Part shown: piece after piece, positions 7,992-17,399 of the stretch
Position numbering within the stretch: position 1 is the first letter of the stretch
Layout: every line of letters begins with the position of its first letter
Source of the DNA: Gemmatimonadota bacterium
GTDB taxonomy: Bacteria > Gemmatimonadota > Gemmatimonadetes > Palauibacterales > Palauibacteraceae
Assembly (NCBI GenBank): GCA_039587395.1
Contig: JBDHIQ010000003.1
Span: 22,582 to 86,581 of the forward strand
Length of the DNA: 64,000 nucleotides
Direction: 5' to 3'
Notes under the pieces: model-generated
Told to the model about the DNA's origin: nothing
Database searches by the model: none
Seen by the model: the letters and a program-made list of their open reading frames with translations, nothing else
Program-made: the position numbers and the translations under genes

Positions 7992-9895
7992 CGGGCACCT
8001 CCTTCGGGCATATTGGCTCGAATCACGTCGTGTATGACCCCGGGCCGGAGGGGCTCGCCGAGCACACGCGTCCAGCAGTCAATGTCCACCAGCGTATGGG
8101 CTCTGAGCAGCCACGCCAGTTGCCCACGGCGCCGGTTCTCATCCGTGATGAACGGGGAGCTCGGGTCGTCGCTGTAATTGATCTCCACCGTCATCACCTT
8201 CTTGAACCGCTTGAAGATCTCCTTGAGTCCGGGCTCGAGCGGAGAGAGGAAGGTCAGGTGCAACGAGGAAACCGAGTGACCTTCCGCCCGCGCTCTGTCC
8301 ACCGCCTCTTCGATCGCACCCCTGGTGCTTCCCCACCCCACGACGAGCAGGTCGCCTGATTCGTCACCCTTCACCGTCGGGGGTCGGAGCGTCTGCTGAA
8401 GCACGGCAATCTTCCGGCTCCGCATGTCCGCGCCCCGTTGGTTGATGTCCGAAGCATACGCGACTTTGCTCCATTCGTCATGGGCCAGACCGGTCGCGGT
8501 GAACTGGCCGCCGGGCTGCCCCGGAATGAAGCGCTGCGACAGGCCCGTTTGCTCATCCCAATCGTACGGCGGCTTGTCCTCTGACACCGGGCTGAGGTCG
8601 GGCGCCGGAGCGTGCCACGACGCGTCCGCCTCGGGCCGCGGGAATGGCGTCACGCCGGTGGCCAGGTTGGCATCGGACAGCACGATCACCACGGTGCGGA
8701 ACGTTTCCGCTATCCGCCGTGCGGTGATCATGATGTGGAAGCACTCCTCGATGGTCGCCGGCGCCACCACGACGTGAGGCGCGTCTCCCGGCTGCCCGAA
8801 GATGGCCGCCAGTAGATCCGACTGCTCCACTTTGGTCGGCAAGCCGGTGCTGGGACCTCCGCGCTGGACGTCGATGACGACCAGCGGGACCTCGATCATG
8901 ATGGCCAGACCCAGAAACTCGGTCTTCAGCGCCATCCCCGGCCCGGAGGTGATGGTGAACGCCGTCTTGCCGGAATAGGAGGCTCCGATCGACACGCCTG
9001 CGGCCGCGATCTCATCCTCCGCCTGGTGCACGACTCCGCCGTACCGCTCGAATACTTCTCCCAGGTGGTGGGATACCGAGGTGGCCGGCGTGATGGGGTA
9101 CATCGCGGCCAACTCCATCCCGGCGGCGATGGCCCCGAGCGCCACGGCCTGGTTGCCGTTCATGACGACCATGTCCTGGGCGGCGGGCTTGCGCGGCACC
9201 TGGACGCGAAAGTCCAGGTTCTCTTCCGCCCACCGCACCCCCAGCTCCAGAAGCGCCACGTTGATCTCCGTGACCTTCGGCGCCTTTCGCCGGAACGCGT
9301 GCGCGATCTGCTCGCGCACCAGGTCCAGGTCCAGGTCGTGGAGGTGGGCCAGGAGCCCCAGCACGAACATGTTCTTCCCGCGCTGCGGGTCATCCACGAT
9401 GGCCAGGCACTCCTCCTCCATCGGAACTTCTATGATCCGGTAGTCGAAGCCCGACAGCTCCTCCATGACCTCGCGCCACTCCTGCTGGATGGACTCGTCG
9501 TCGTGGGTCTTCCACTTGTTCTCCAGCAGGATGATGGCGTCGGGCTCCAACGCGTCCAGCTGGTGCCGCATGGACAGAACCTGCTCGTTGAACGCCACGC
9601 TCAGGTTTGTGCGATCGCCCCAGTTGGTGACCGGCTCCGTGCCGATCCGGATCCGGTTGCCGCTGGCCCCGGCCGGCAACCGCGCCGGCGGCTGAATCTC
9701 GGCAGGGATGATCTCCACCGTCCACACGCCGTTGCCCATCTTGGCGCACACGGCCCCGAAGATCTGGCTGCACTTCTGCGCGCCCTCTCCGGAGTCCGAC
9801 ACGACCTCCACCGTCCACAGGTCCCGCTTGACTGTCCGGGGCGCCTTGCCGCGCGTCTCTGGAGCTGCCGCCGGTGTCCTGGTTTTTGTCGCCAT
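7988..9895 (-). CDS. korA: 2-oxoacid:ferredoxin oxidoreductase alpha subunit with fused N-terminal gamma domain (KorA of two-subunit KorAB type)
   Basis: 635 aa. The N-terminal gamma-type motif is VVSDSGEGAQKC...; the alpha-subunit core follows (YPITPATS, GVVHQAEDEIAAAG). True ATG at 9895-9893. Confidence 0.9.
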   Translation of the reverse strand: MATKTRTPAAAPETRGKAPRTVKRDLWTVEVVSDSGEGAQKCSQIFGAVCAKMGNGVWTVEIIPAEIQPPARLPAGASGNRIRIGTEPVTNWGDRTNLSVAFNEQVLSMRHQLDALEPDAIILLENKWKTHDDESIQQEWREVMEELSGFDYRIIEVPMEEECLAIVDDPQRGKNMFVLGLLAHLHDLDLDLVREQIAHAFRRKAPKVTEINVALLELGVRWAEENLDFRVQVPRKPAAQDMVVMNGNQAVALGAIAAGMELAAMYPITPATSVSHHLGEVFERYGGVVHQAEDEIAAAGVSIGASYSGKTAFTITSGPGMALKTEFLGLAIMIEVPLVVIDVQRGGPSTGLPTKVEQSDLLAAIFGQPGDAPHVVVAPATIEECFHIMITARRIAETFRTVVIVLSDANLATGVTPFPRPEADASWHAPAPDLSPVSEDKPPYDWDEQTGLSQRFIPGQPGGQFTATGLAHDEWSKVAYASDINQRGADMRSRKIAVLQQTLRPPTVKGDESGDLLVVGWGSTRGAIEEAVDRARAEGHSVSSLHLTFLSPLEPGLKEIFKRFKKVMTVEINYSDDPSSPFITDENRRRGQLAWLLRAHTLVDIDCWTRVLGEPLRPGVIHDVIRANMPEGGAR

Positions 9896-9964
9896 TTCCC
9901 GTTCTCTCGGCCGTTATTTCGAATCGCCGTTAGAATTTACCGTCTTGCCGTTCTGGCGTCTGTC

Positions 9965-9988
9965 GGGCGATATCGCCCACCCACAGTG
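9965..9988. promoter_or_regulatory. Dyad-symmetric elements in the kor operon upstream region (GGGCGATATCGCCC 14-bp perfect palindrome followed by CCCACAGTGGG)
   Basis: Seen directly in the 170-bp gap between the upstream gene's stop and the korA start. A CCACAG...CTGTGG inverted repeat also lies at about 9981-10016. Confidence 0.3.
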
Positions 9989-10066
9989 GGGAGAAGCCGG
10001 GCCATTCTGTGGGGAACTACCCTACACCGCACCCACCTGCCGGATCGCCCTCCGCACGGCCCTCCC

Positions 10067-12745
10067 TCAGCCACCCGAACGTGCCCGCTCCAGCAGGGCA
10101 TCCAGGGCGCGATACCTGGTCTCCATCTCGCGGGCGACAACCTCCTCGCTCGGGTCCGAATCGGCGAGGCCGAGGAGCTGGCCGGCCCCGCTCGCGGGCG
10201 TCTCGCAGTGTGTGGCGTCGGCCACCATCGCCCGGCCCGACTCCGTGTCCCCCTCGCTCAGACCGGACTCTTCCCCCTCGTAGGGTCGCACCATGTCCAC
10301 CGCCGTGGCGAAGGACGCCATGGCCTGTTCCGGCCGGCCGCTCTTCCAGGCGATGTACCCGACCAGAAAGTGCGCCTCGCTGCTCTGCGGGTTCGACCGG
10401 AGGACCGTACTCAGATACTCCTCGGCCTCTGCCATCCGCCCGCGCAGCAGCGCCACCTGGCCCAGCCACAGCAACGAACCCGTCTCTTCCTGGTTGATCT
10501 CCAGGGCCCGTCCGAACTCCGCGGCGGCGCGTTGCGGGTCGAACAGCTGACCTCCCACGCACGTGTGAATCACTCCTACCTGGCGGTGTACGCGGGCGTC
10601 CCGGGGGTTGATCGTCAGGAGACGCTCCCAGGCCAGCGCCGCACCCGGCTGATCGCCCAGGTCGAACCGCATGTTGCCCAGCCAGTACAGCGTGTTCTCG
10701 TGCTCCGGATCGAGTTCGAGCGCCGCTTCGTAGTCCGCCGCCGCCGCACCCGTCCGCCCTTCGATGCGGTGCCGCGTGGCGCTCCGGTACAGCTCCCAGA
10801 ACCGGAGCACGGTCTCGCGGTCGGCCGACGCCGTCCCACCCTCAACCCGGGGGGCACCGGAAGCCCGCAAGGCACCGGGCACTGCGCCGGCCAGCGCCGC
10901 CTGGCCAGGCAGCGGTCCGGCCTCCGCCCGCACGATCCCCTCGCCTTCCACCAGGTCGATGGTCTGGTTGGGGGCAATCCCCGTGAACGCCTCGCGCCGG
11001 CCGCCGGGCCAGAACACTTCCAGCGTGTCCACCGGCTCGTCCACGCCGGCCAGGCCCCCGAGACCGAAGTGCTCAACGGAGCTGTTCTGGGACAGGTAGG
11101 ACCCCTGCGCACCCGCGTACCGCGACTGAACCTGCCCGCCGGCGACCAGGCGGAGCCGTGCCCCGACCGGATCCGTCCCGCCGTCCTGGGGACTCAACCG
11201 CACTTTCAGCCATGCGTTCCGGTTCCCGCCATCGTTGCGCAGAAGGACTCCGGGACCGCCGTTGTTGACGATGAAGACATCCACATCTCCATCGTTGTCG
11301 TAGTCTCCGAACGCGGCGCCGCGCCCGACCAGCGTGCGTGCGAAGTGCTCGCCGCTGGCGCTGGACACGTCGAAGAAGCCGTCTTCGGCGCCGCGGTTCC
11401 AGAACAGCTTGTCGGGCATTGCCACCAGCCGCTCGGGCTCCTCCGGTTCCTGGAAAGTGCTCCCGTTGACTACCAGCAGGTCCAGCTTGCCGTCATTATC
11501 GTAGTCGAAGAACGAGGTCCCCCACCCGATGTAGTCCAGCGCGATCTGACCCAGCCCGTGCCGGTCGGCCTCGTCCATGAACTGGAGTTGGCTCGAGGCG
11601 GGGCGGCCCAGCTCTTCCAGCCGTGACCGCATGCTGCTGAACAGCGCGTTCTCCTGGGCAATCCAGTGGGTGACGAAGATGTCCGGATCCTCATCGCCAT
11701 CCCAGTCGCCGACGGCCAGGCCCATCGCTCCCCGGTAGTCGGACACCAGCGCGGCGTGGCTCACGTCGCGGAACGTCCCGTCCCCGAGGTTGCGGTAGAG
11801 GGCGTTGTCGGACACGTCGTTGGCCACGTACAGGTCCAGCAGCCCGTCGCCGTCAAAGTCTGCCCACGAGACGCCCAGGCTGCGTCCCTCGCGGCCGTCC
11901 ACGCCGCTCTCCCGGGCCACTTCCTGGAACGTCCCGTCCCCGCGGTTCCGGAACAGAAGGTTGCGCTCGGGTCGGAAGGACGAAGGGTTGAGGCTGGCCG
12001 GCACTTCCACGTCGTACTGCAGCGAGGTCGGGCCTCCCGCTCCGGGCGAGTACTTCACGTACCCCGCCACGTACAGGTCCAGGTCGCCGTCCTGGTCGTA
12101 GTCGGCCCACGCGGCGCCGGCCCAGTAGCCCACGTGGCCGGCGATGCCGGACGCACGCGTCACATCTTCGAACGATCCATCGCCGGTGTTCCGGTACAGC
12201 CGGTTCTCCCCGTACGCCGACACGAACAGGTCCCGCCACCCGTCGCCGTCGTAGTCTCCCCAGGCGCCGGCCATGTCCAAGCCGCGGAACCTCACGCCGG
12301 CCCCATCGCTCACTTCGGTGAACGTCCCGTCACCCTGGTTGTGGTACAGGGCGCTGTGGACCGGCGCCGCCTGCAGTTCCTCCGTCGACAGCGTGAGAGG
12401 GCCTGCCAGGTTCGCCACGAATAGATCCGGCCAACCGTCGTTGTCGTAGTCTCCCCACGCGGCGCCCGACCCCATGTCCTCCGGAAGCTGGCTGCTGCGC
12501 GAGCCGGAAAAGTGACGGAACTCGATGCCTGCCTGAGCGGTCACGTCCGTGAACGTCACCCGTGGATAGTCGTCCGGCAGCGCACGGTCCAGCCCACGGG
12601 TGAGGCCCTCTATCTCCTCGCCCGGCCGGTACACGTCGCCTGGCCGCACGACGAGCCATACAGCCAGGACCGACGCCACCGTGAACAGGAGTCCGGCGCC
12701 GGCCGTGATGGCCAGATTGCGCTTGCGTCGCGGCAGATTTCTCAT
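10067..12745 (-). CDS. CRTAC1/ASPIC-UnbV family FG-GAP/VCBS-repeat protein with C-terminal TPR repeats, N-terminal signal anchor
   Basis: 892 aa. It has repeated GDYDNDGWPDLFV and WADYDQDGDLDLYV FG-GAP motifs, an UnbV/ASPIC-like middle region, and a C-terminal TPR region (YEAALELDPEHENTLYWLGN...). ATG at 12745. Confidence 0.8.
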   Translation of the reverse strand: MRNLPRRKRNLAITAGAGLLFTVASVLAVWLVVRPGDVYRPGEEIEGLTRGLDRALPDDYPRVTFTDVTAQAGIEFRHFSGSRSSQLPEDMGSGAAWGDYDNDGWPDLFVANLAGPLTLSTEELQAAPVHSALYHNQGDGTFTEVSDGAGVRFRGLDMAGAWGDYDGDGWRDLFVSAYGENRLYRNTGDGSFEDVTRASGIAGHVGYWAGAAWADYDQDGDLDLYVAGYVKYSPGAGGPTSLQYDVEVPASLNPSSFRPERNLLFRNRGDGTFQEVARESGVDGREGRSLGVSWADFDGDGLLDLYVANDVSDNALYRNLGDGTFRDVSHAALVSDYRGAMGLAVGDWDGDEDPDIFVTHWIAQENALFSSMRSRLEELGRPASSQLQFMDEADRHGLGQIALDYIGWGTSFFDYDNDGKLDLLVVNGSTFQEPEEPERLVAMPDKLFWNRGAEDGFFDVSSASGEHFARTLVGRGAAFGDYDNDGDVDVFIVNNGGPGVLLRNDGGNRNAWLKVRLSPQDGGTDPVGARLRLVAGGQVQSRYAGAQGSYLSQNSSVEHFGLGGLAGVDEPVDTLEVFWPGGRREAFTGIAPNQTIDLVEGEGIVRAEAGPLPGQAALAGAVPGALRASGAPRVEGGTASADRETVLRFWELYRSATRHRIEGRTGAAAADYEAALELDPEHENTLYWLGNMRFDLGDQPGAALAWERLLTINPRDARVHRQVGVIHTCVGGQLFDPQRAAAEFGRALEINQEETGSLLWLGQVALLRGRMAEAEEYLSTVLRSNPQSSEAHFLVGYIAWKSGRPEQAMASFATAVDMVRPYEGEESGLSEGDTESGRAMVADATHCETPASGAGQLLGLADSDPSEEVVAREMETRYRALDALLERARSGG

Positions 12746-12779
12746 GGTCCGGCCGGTGTGCTCTCGCTACCGGATCCGC

Positions 12780-14090
12780 TTACGCCGCCGGACCGTCAAT
12801 CTCGAGCACCATCACGTGCTGCACGTCCAGCTCGTCACCCCAGACGCCGTAGATCCTGGTGCCCTGGAACAGAAGCGGCATGAACCGGGGCGGCGTCGTC
12901 ACTACGCCCAGAAACCGGCCTTCCGCATCAAACACATCCCAGTCCGACCCGCCGATGGACAGCAGCGGATTGTAGTCTTCCAGCTCTTCGGCGCTGAGGG
13001 AGCTGGGAGCGACCATTTGCTGGACCCAGATCGACCCCTCCGGCCCGGCCAGGAACCGCATGTAGACCGGGAAAAACTCGGCAAAACTCACGCGCGATCG
13101 GATAGTCGGGATGGCGCTTTCCGGGACTCCCGCGTTCAGCCAGGCCTCTTCCAGGATGTCCATGAACACGCCCTCATCGGCATCCGTGACCGGCATGCGC
13201 TCGGCCGGCATGCGGATGATCCGCTCCAACTCGCCGGTCGGCCCGTACACGTTGATGGAGTACTGATCGTTGACGCCGAACAGCAGCTTGTCATTGCCCG
13301 CCAGCGCCCAGGTAGGCTCGGCCACGAAGAACGTCGCCGTGCCTGCCTGGAGATCCAGGGTCTTTCCCGACTCCATCTTCAGGAGAGTGTCCAGGGGAGC
13401 GCCTTCGGCATCGCGTGCTACGATGGCATCCATCTGTGCGGACACGTCAATCGTGTCGGCACCCGGCTGATTCGGCAGCACGAACGGGCGGATCTGGTTG
13501 ACGATCTGCCCGGACGGACGCGCCGCCCAGGCGGCAGGCAGCCCGCCCTCCAGGGACAGCCGGTAGCTGCCGGCGGGGGTCCCGTCCGGCGCGTAGCGGT
13601 TCACGCGCTGGTTGGCCAGGTCCGGCACGAACACCGTATCGCCCCGCCCGATGAGCACGGGGGCCGCCTGCGGGCTCAGCTCGCCCGGCCCGGAGCCCGG
13701 GCCCCCAAACGAACCGAGGTGACTCCCGTCTGGCCCGAACAGGCGCAGCTCCTGCGCCTGCTGGTCCAGGACGAAGATCCGCTCGTCCGACGTAACGCCG
13801 ATTCCGATGATCTGGCCGAACATGTAGGCGGGCTCGGCCTCGATGGCTCCAATCCGCAGCACTTCCCTGAGAGACCAGCGCTCGCCCGCCGTCCACATCT
13901 CCTCACGCTGGTTGCTGACGATCGTGATGCCGGCGCTGTCTCCCACCGTGCCCGTCCACGCGCCTCCCGACTCTTCCCCGCTGCAGCCGAGCGGGGCGAT
14001 AGCCAGGGTGGCGGCAGCCAGTCCGCCGAACAGTGTCACCGCCACTTTGCGGCTCTTCGAGGCCGCAGGTCCCTCTTCACTCACCATCAT
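12780..14090 (-). CDS. Beta-propeller (NHL-like repeat) lipoprotein, hypothetical
   Basis: The ORF runs to 14129, but the signal peptide with lipobox (...LAIAPLGCSG) follows the internal Met pair at about 14090. Repeated ...GxGxGPGE.../...RIYV... blades are visible. Function unknown. Confidence 0.65.
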   Translation of the reverse strand: MMVSEEGPAASKSRKVAVTLFGGLAAATLAIAPLGCSGEESGGAWTGTVGDSAGITIVSNQREEMWTAGERWSLREVLRIGAIEAEPAYMFGQIIGIGVTSDERIFVLDQQAQELRLFGPDGSHLGSFGGPGSGPGELSPQAAPVLIGRGDTVFVPDLANQRVNRYAPDGTPAGSYRLSLEGGLPAAWAARPSGQIVNQIRPFVLPNQPGADTIDVSAQMDAIVARDAEGAPLDTLLKMESGKTLDLQAGTATFFVAEPTWALAGNDKLLFGVNDQYSINVYGPTGELERIIRMPAERMPVTDADEGVFMDILEEAWLNAGVPESAIPTIRSRVSFAEFFPVYMRFLAGPEGSIWVQQMVAPSSLSAEELEDYNPLLSIGGSDWDVFDAEGRFLGVVTTPPRFMPLLFQGTRIYGVWGDELDVQHVMVLEIDGPAA

Positions 14091-14168
14091 TATCCCGTTG
14101 TCCCATCTATATAGAGTATTGGTCACCATGCTTCGGCTTCCGGTTCCCCTCTCTGCTCTCCTCCCGCC

Positions 14169-16307
14169 TCAGCGTCCGGAGGCGGGTGCCTCCGTTGTCT
14201 GGCCGACCGCGATGGTCGCCTCGGCCTCCGACATCACCGTGACCGGAGCCGTCAGACCCGAGTCCTCTCCAAACAGGAAATTCAGGAGGAACTGGTCGAA
14301 CTTCCGGTACAGGAGGCGGGCTTCCACGTGCAGCTGCGTAGCCGATCCCGCCGGCGCTTCGACGCCGAACTCTTGCTCGGTCTGGAACCCCTCACCGGCC
14401 GACTCGCCCCCCAGCATCGTGGCCGGACAGATGAATGCAAACTCGGCCTGATCCGAGAACCCGGGGAACATCGCGCGCCGGTACCGTACGCCGACCATCT
14501 CCCACAGGTTGTGGCGATCGATGAGGTTGCCGTACTGGTCTACGGGCTCCGCCTTGAAGATGAACGAGCCGGGCTCGATGAAGTGCCGCTCGTCGCGCTG
14601 CCCTGACTCGAATACCACGTTGCCCGCTTCATCGGTCACGACCAGCTCCACCCAGGCCTGGATGATATCGAGCGGTCCGGTCGGAAAGTCGTGGCCCACC
14701 TTGTTGTTCGTAATCGATACCTGGATGTCGATCGCATCGCCCGGCTGGACTCTCTCGGGCGCGATGATCTCGATCGGCACCGCCGGACCTGCCTGCCACT
14801 TGTGCGCGATCTCCGGGATCTCCAGCTCGCCGCGCAGCCACTGCCTGGTCAGGCTCACCTGCTCCTCGGCTCCCGGTAGCTGCAGCGCCACCGGCATGAA
14901 CTGATTGGCAGCCAGGAACCGGTGGCTGCGGTGCTTCCCATCGCCCGGCGAGCGGTTGTAATCCAGATCATCTCCACTCGCCGCGTCGTCCGAGTCCTGG
15001 AGCGGCATGTGGCACTCCCGGCACTCGACGGTCTTTTCCGGGTCGCCGGGGTGGTTCCAGCGGCTCTTGCGCCAGTTGTCGTACTGGTTCTGGAGCTGCA
15101 CCCAGCCCACCTGGTTGATCTCCTCGTCGATGAACTGCTTGTGGCAGGCGGCGCAGAATTCAGGGCTCTTGAACAGCGTGTGCTGCAACGTCGAGACATG
15201 GTGCCTGGGATACGCGCGGATCAGGAAATCGCTGATCCATTTTTCCCGCTCGCCCTCTCGCAGCTCGTACATGTAACGGTCCGGCTGGGTCATCACGTAG
15301 TTGGCGTTGCCCGCGATGTCCGTCTCCTTGATGGCATGGCACGCGACGCACGAGATCCCTTCCTGGTATCCGATGAGTCCCGTCAGATCGTCGGTGAACA
15401 CGTTCTTGGTGCCCGAGAACAGCGAGATGGGATCGTGGCAGCCACCGCAATAACGAGTCGACTCCGCCCCGTTCTGCTCCGCCATCACGGACTGGACCTT
15501 CTGGAAACCGGCATCCATCGCGGACCAGCGATGGGCGCTCACCTCCCACTCCTTCTTGATCTGCTCGTGGCAGCCGGCGCTGCCGCATGCCTCGGAGCCG
15601 CCCAGGGCGCGCGAGTCGAACGCGCCTCCCGTGCTCGTGTTCGCGAGGCTGGGTGCGAACGGCCGGTCCTCTCCGTACAGCCAGCTGTAGTCCTCCGGGA
15701 ACTGGTCGTTGAGCTGGGGCTCCTGGTACCGCCAGGTGAGGGCGGCCACCACCGCCAGCAAGCCGACGGTGACGATCCCGGTGCCGAGGCCGAACCGCCG
15801 TTCGGCTCCCAGGACCACCGCCGCCTTTTCGGTCCTTTTCGCCCGGACGGTCCGCAGGATCAGCGTCCCGAGGTGCGGGAGAACCGACACGACGATGGCG
15901 ACCGTGCTGACGATGTGGACGACATCCCAGGTGTAGCTGATCCGGAGTCCCCACACGGCCTGATAGGTCAGCACCAGCCCCGACACGATGGCGACCAGCG
16001 TGGCGACCAGGGCGAAGTACCCCGTCAGCACGACGTGGGACATTTGCATGCGCCGGTAGATGGCCCAGTGCCGCGCGGCGTACCAGAAGAACGGCAGCAG
16101 GAAGACCAGACCGATGGCCGTGTGCAGGAGAACCATGATCTGGTTGGAGACGCTGAACGGCAGCAGCCAAATGGACAGGCCGGTCAAGGTCTCGAAGGTC
16201 AGCAGTCCACCGACCAGGATCAGCAGCTTCCGTTTCCACTCGTCCGCGCGCGCGTACGGGTCTTTGCGCTCGGTTGAAGCTTCCATCTTCGCGTTCACGG
16301 TGTTCAT
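14169..16307 (-). CDS. Membrane-anchored multiheme c-type cytochrome (five CxxCH) fused to an N-terminal 5-TM domain containing 4 His (putative dihaem b)
   Basis: 712 aa. Five N-terminal hydrophobic helices carry His residues in LLHTAIG, ARHW, VVHIVS and LPHLG. The haem-c motifs are CGSAGCH, CGGCH, CVACH, CAACH and CRECH. A C-terminal domain of about 250 aa has no haem motif. The strong RBS GGGGAGGA lies directly before the ATG. Confidence 0.8.
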   Translation of the reverse strand: MNTVNAKMEASTERKDPYARADEWKRKLLILVGGLLTFETLTGLSIWLLPFSVSNQIMVLLHTAIGLVFLLPFFWYAARHWAIYRRMQMSHVVLTGYFALVATLVAIVSGLVLTYQAVWGLRISYTWDVVHIVSTVAIVVSVLPHLGTLILRTVRAKRTEKAAVVLGAERRFGLGTGIVTVGLLAVVAALTWRYQEPQLNDQFPEDYSWLYGEDRPFAPSLANTSTGGAFDSRALGGSEACGSAGCHEQIKKEWEVSAHRWSAMDAGFQKVQSVMAEQNGAESTRYCGGCHDPISLFSGTKNVFTDDLTGLIGYQEGISCVACHAIKETDIAGNANYVMTQPDRYMYELREGEREKWISDFLIRAYPRHHVSTLQHTLFKSPEFCAACHKQFIDEEINQVGWVQLQNQYDNWRKSRWNHPGDPEKTVECRECHMPLQDSDDAASGDDLDYNRSPGDGKHRSHRFLAANQFMPVALQLPGAEEQVSLTRQWLRGELEIPEIAHKWQAGPAVPIEIIAPERVQPGDAIDIQVSITNNKVGHDFPTGPLDIIQAWVELVVTDEAGNVVFESGQRDERHFIEPGSFIFKAEPVDQYGNLIDRHNLWEMVGVRYRRAMFPGFSDQAEFAFICPATMLGGESAGEGFQTEQEFGVEAPAGSATQLHVEARLLYRKFDQFLLNFLFGEDSGLTAPVTVMSEAEATIAVGQTTEAPASGR

Positions 16308-16376
16308 TCCTCCCCGGCGGCCTGGCCGTCGGAATCAGTACCGGTTGTCTTCCCTCTGCACCTCACGGCTCCTGCT

Positions 16377-17399
16377 TCACGGCGTGATCACCCACCGGAC
16401 TCCTTCCCCCCGCCGCAGGAGATCGAACCCGTCGTTGATGTCGTCAAGCGGCACCGATCCGCTGACCACAGGGTCCAGGCGAAGCCGTCCGGATTCTACC
16501 AGGCCCAGGATCTCCGGGTACTGGCCGCCTCCGCATCCCAGGCTGCCCACCACCTCGAGCTCGTAGTACATGAGCCGGGCCGCCGACAACGAGACCGGCG
16601 CGCCGGAGTATCCAATGACACAGAGGCGCCCGCCCTTCCGGATGAGCGCAAAGGCAAGCTCGATGGTGTCCGGCTTGCCGATGACCTCGAATGCCACGTC
16701 CACGCCTCCGTCCGTCAGCTTCCGGATCTCCTTGTCCGGGCGATCGTGCTCGCTCGGGTCCAGCGTCGCCTGGGCCCCCAGCTCACGAGCCAGCTCGAGC
16801 CGCTCCCTGCTGACATCGATGGCGATCACCTTGCCCCCTGCGATGGAGGCGCACTGCACCACGTTCAGACCGACCCCACCGCACCCCACCACCGCCACGA
16901 CGTCACCGGGCCGTACCCGCCCGCGGTTCTTCACGGCGTGGTAGGGGGTGGATACGGCGTCGGCTATGACGCAGGCCTTTTCGAGCGGGAGGTCCGCCGG
17001 GACCGGCACGAGCTCGGCGGCCGGGACTTTGATGAACTCGGCGTAGGCGCCGTCCATGTCGTTCCCCGGCATCACCATGTGCTCGCAGAGGTTCTCTCGT
17101 CCGGCGCGACAGTAGCGGCACCGTCCGCAGGACAGGACCGCCGGGATCAGCACCCGATCTCCGGGAACGGCCGTTTCGACTCCCTCTCCCACGGTGTGGA
17201 CGACGCCCGCAGCCTCGTGCCCCAGGATCAGCGGCGGTGGCTTGAACGTGCGCACTCCGTGATCCAGATAGTGCAGATCCGTATGGCACATTCCGCAGCC
17301 CGCTACCCTCACGAGCGCCTCGCCCGTCCCCGGCCTGGGCGTTTCGACCTCCGTGACCTCCAGCGGCTTCCCGGAGCCATGAAACACGGCTGCTTTCAT
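16377..17399 (-). CDS. Zn-dependent medium-chain dehydrogenase/reductase (alcohol dehydrogenase family); Had-like by context
   Basis: ATG at 17399 (MKAAVFHGSGKPLEV...). It has the GCGMCHTDLH zinc motif and the GCGGVGLNVVQ Rossmann motif. The ORF track start further upstream is a non-ATG extension. Confidence 0.85.
   Translation of the reverse strand: MKAAVFHGSGKPLEVTEVETPRPGTGEALVRVAGCGMCHTDLHYLDHGVRTFKPPPLILGHEAAGVVHTVGEGVETAVPGDRVLIPAVLSCGRCRYCRAGRENLCEHMVMPGNDMDGAYAEFIKVPAAELVPVPADLPLEKACVIADAVSTPYHAVKNRGRVRPGDVVAVVGCGGVGLNVVQCASIAGGKVIAIDVSRERLELARELGAQATLDPSEHDRPDKEIRKLTDGGVDVAFEVIGKPDTIELAFALIRKGGRLCVIGYSGAPVSLSAARLMYYELEVVGSLGCGGGQYPEILGLVESGRLRLDPVVSGSVPLDDINDGFDLLRRGEGVRWVITP

Noticed and set aside
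9026-11626. 866-aa plus-strand ORF overlapping korA and the CRTAC1-like gene
   Set aside because: It is antisense to two clearly homologous genes and has an R/P/G-rich low-complexity composition.
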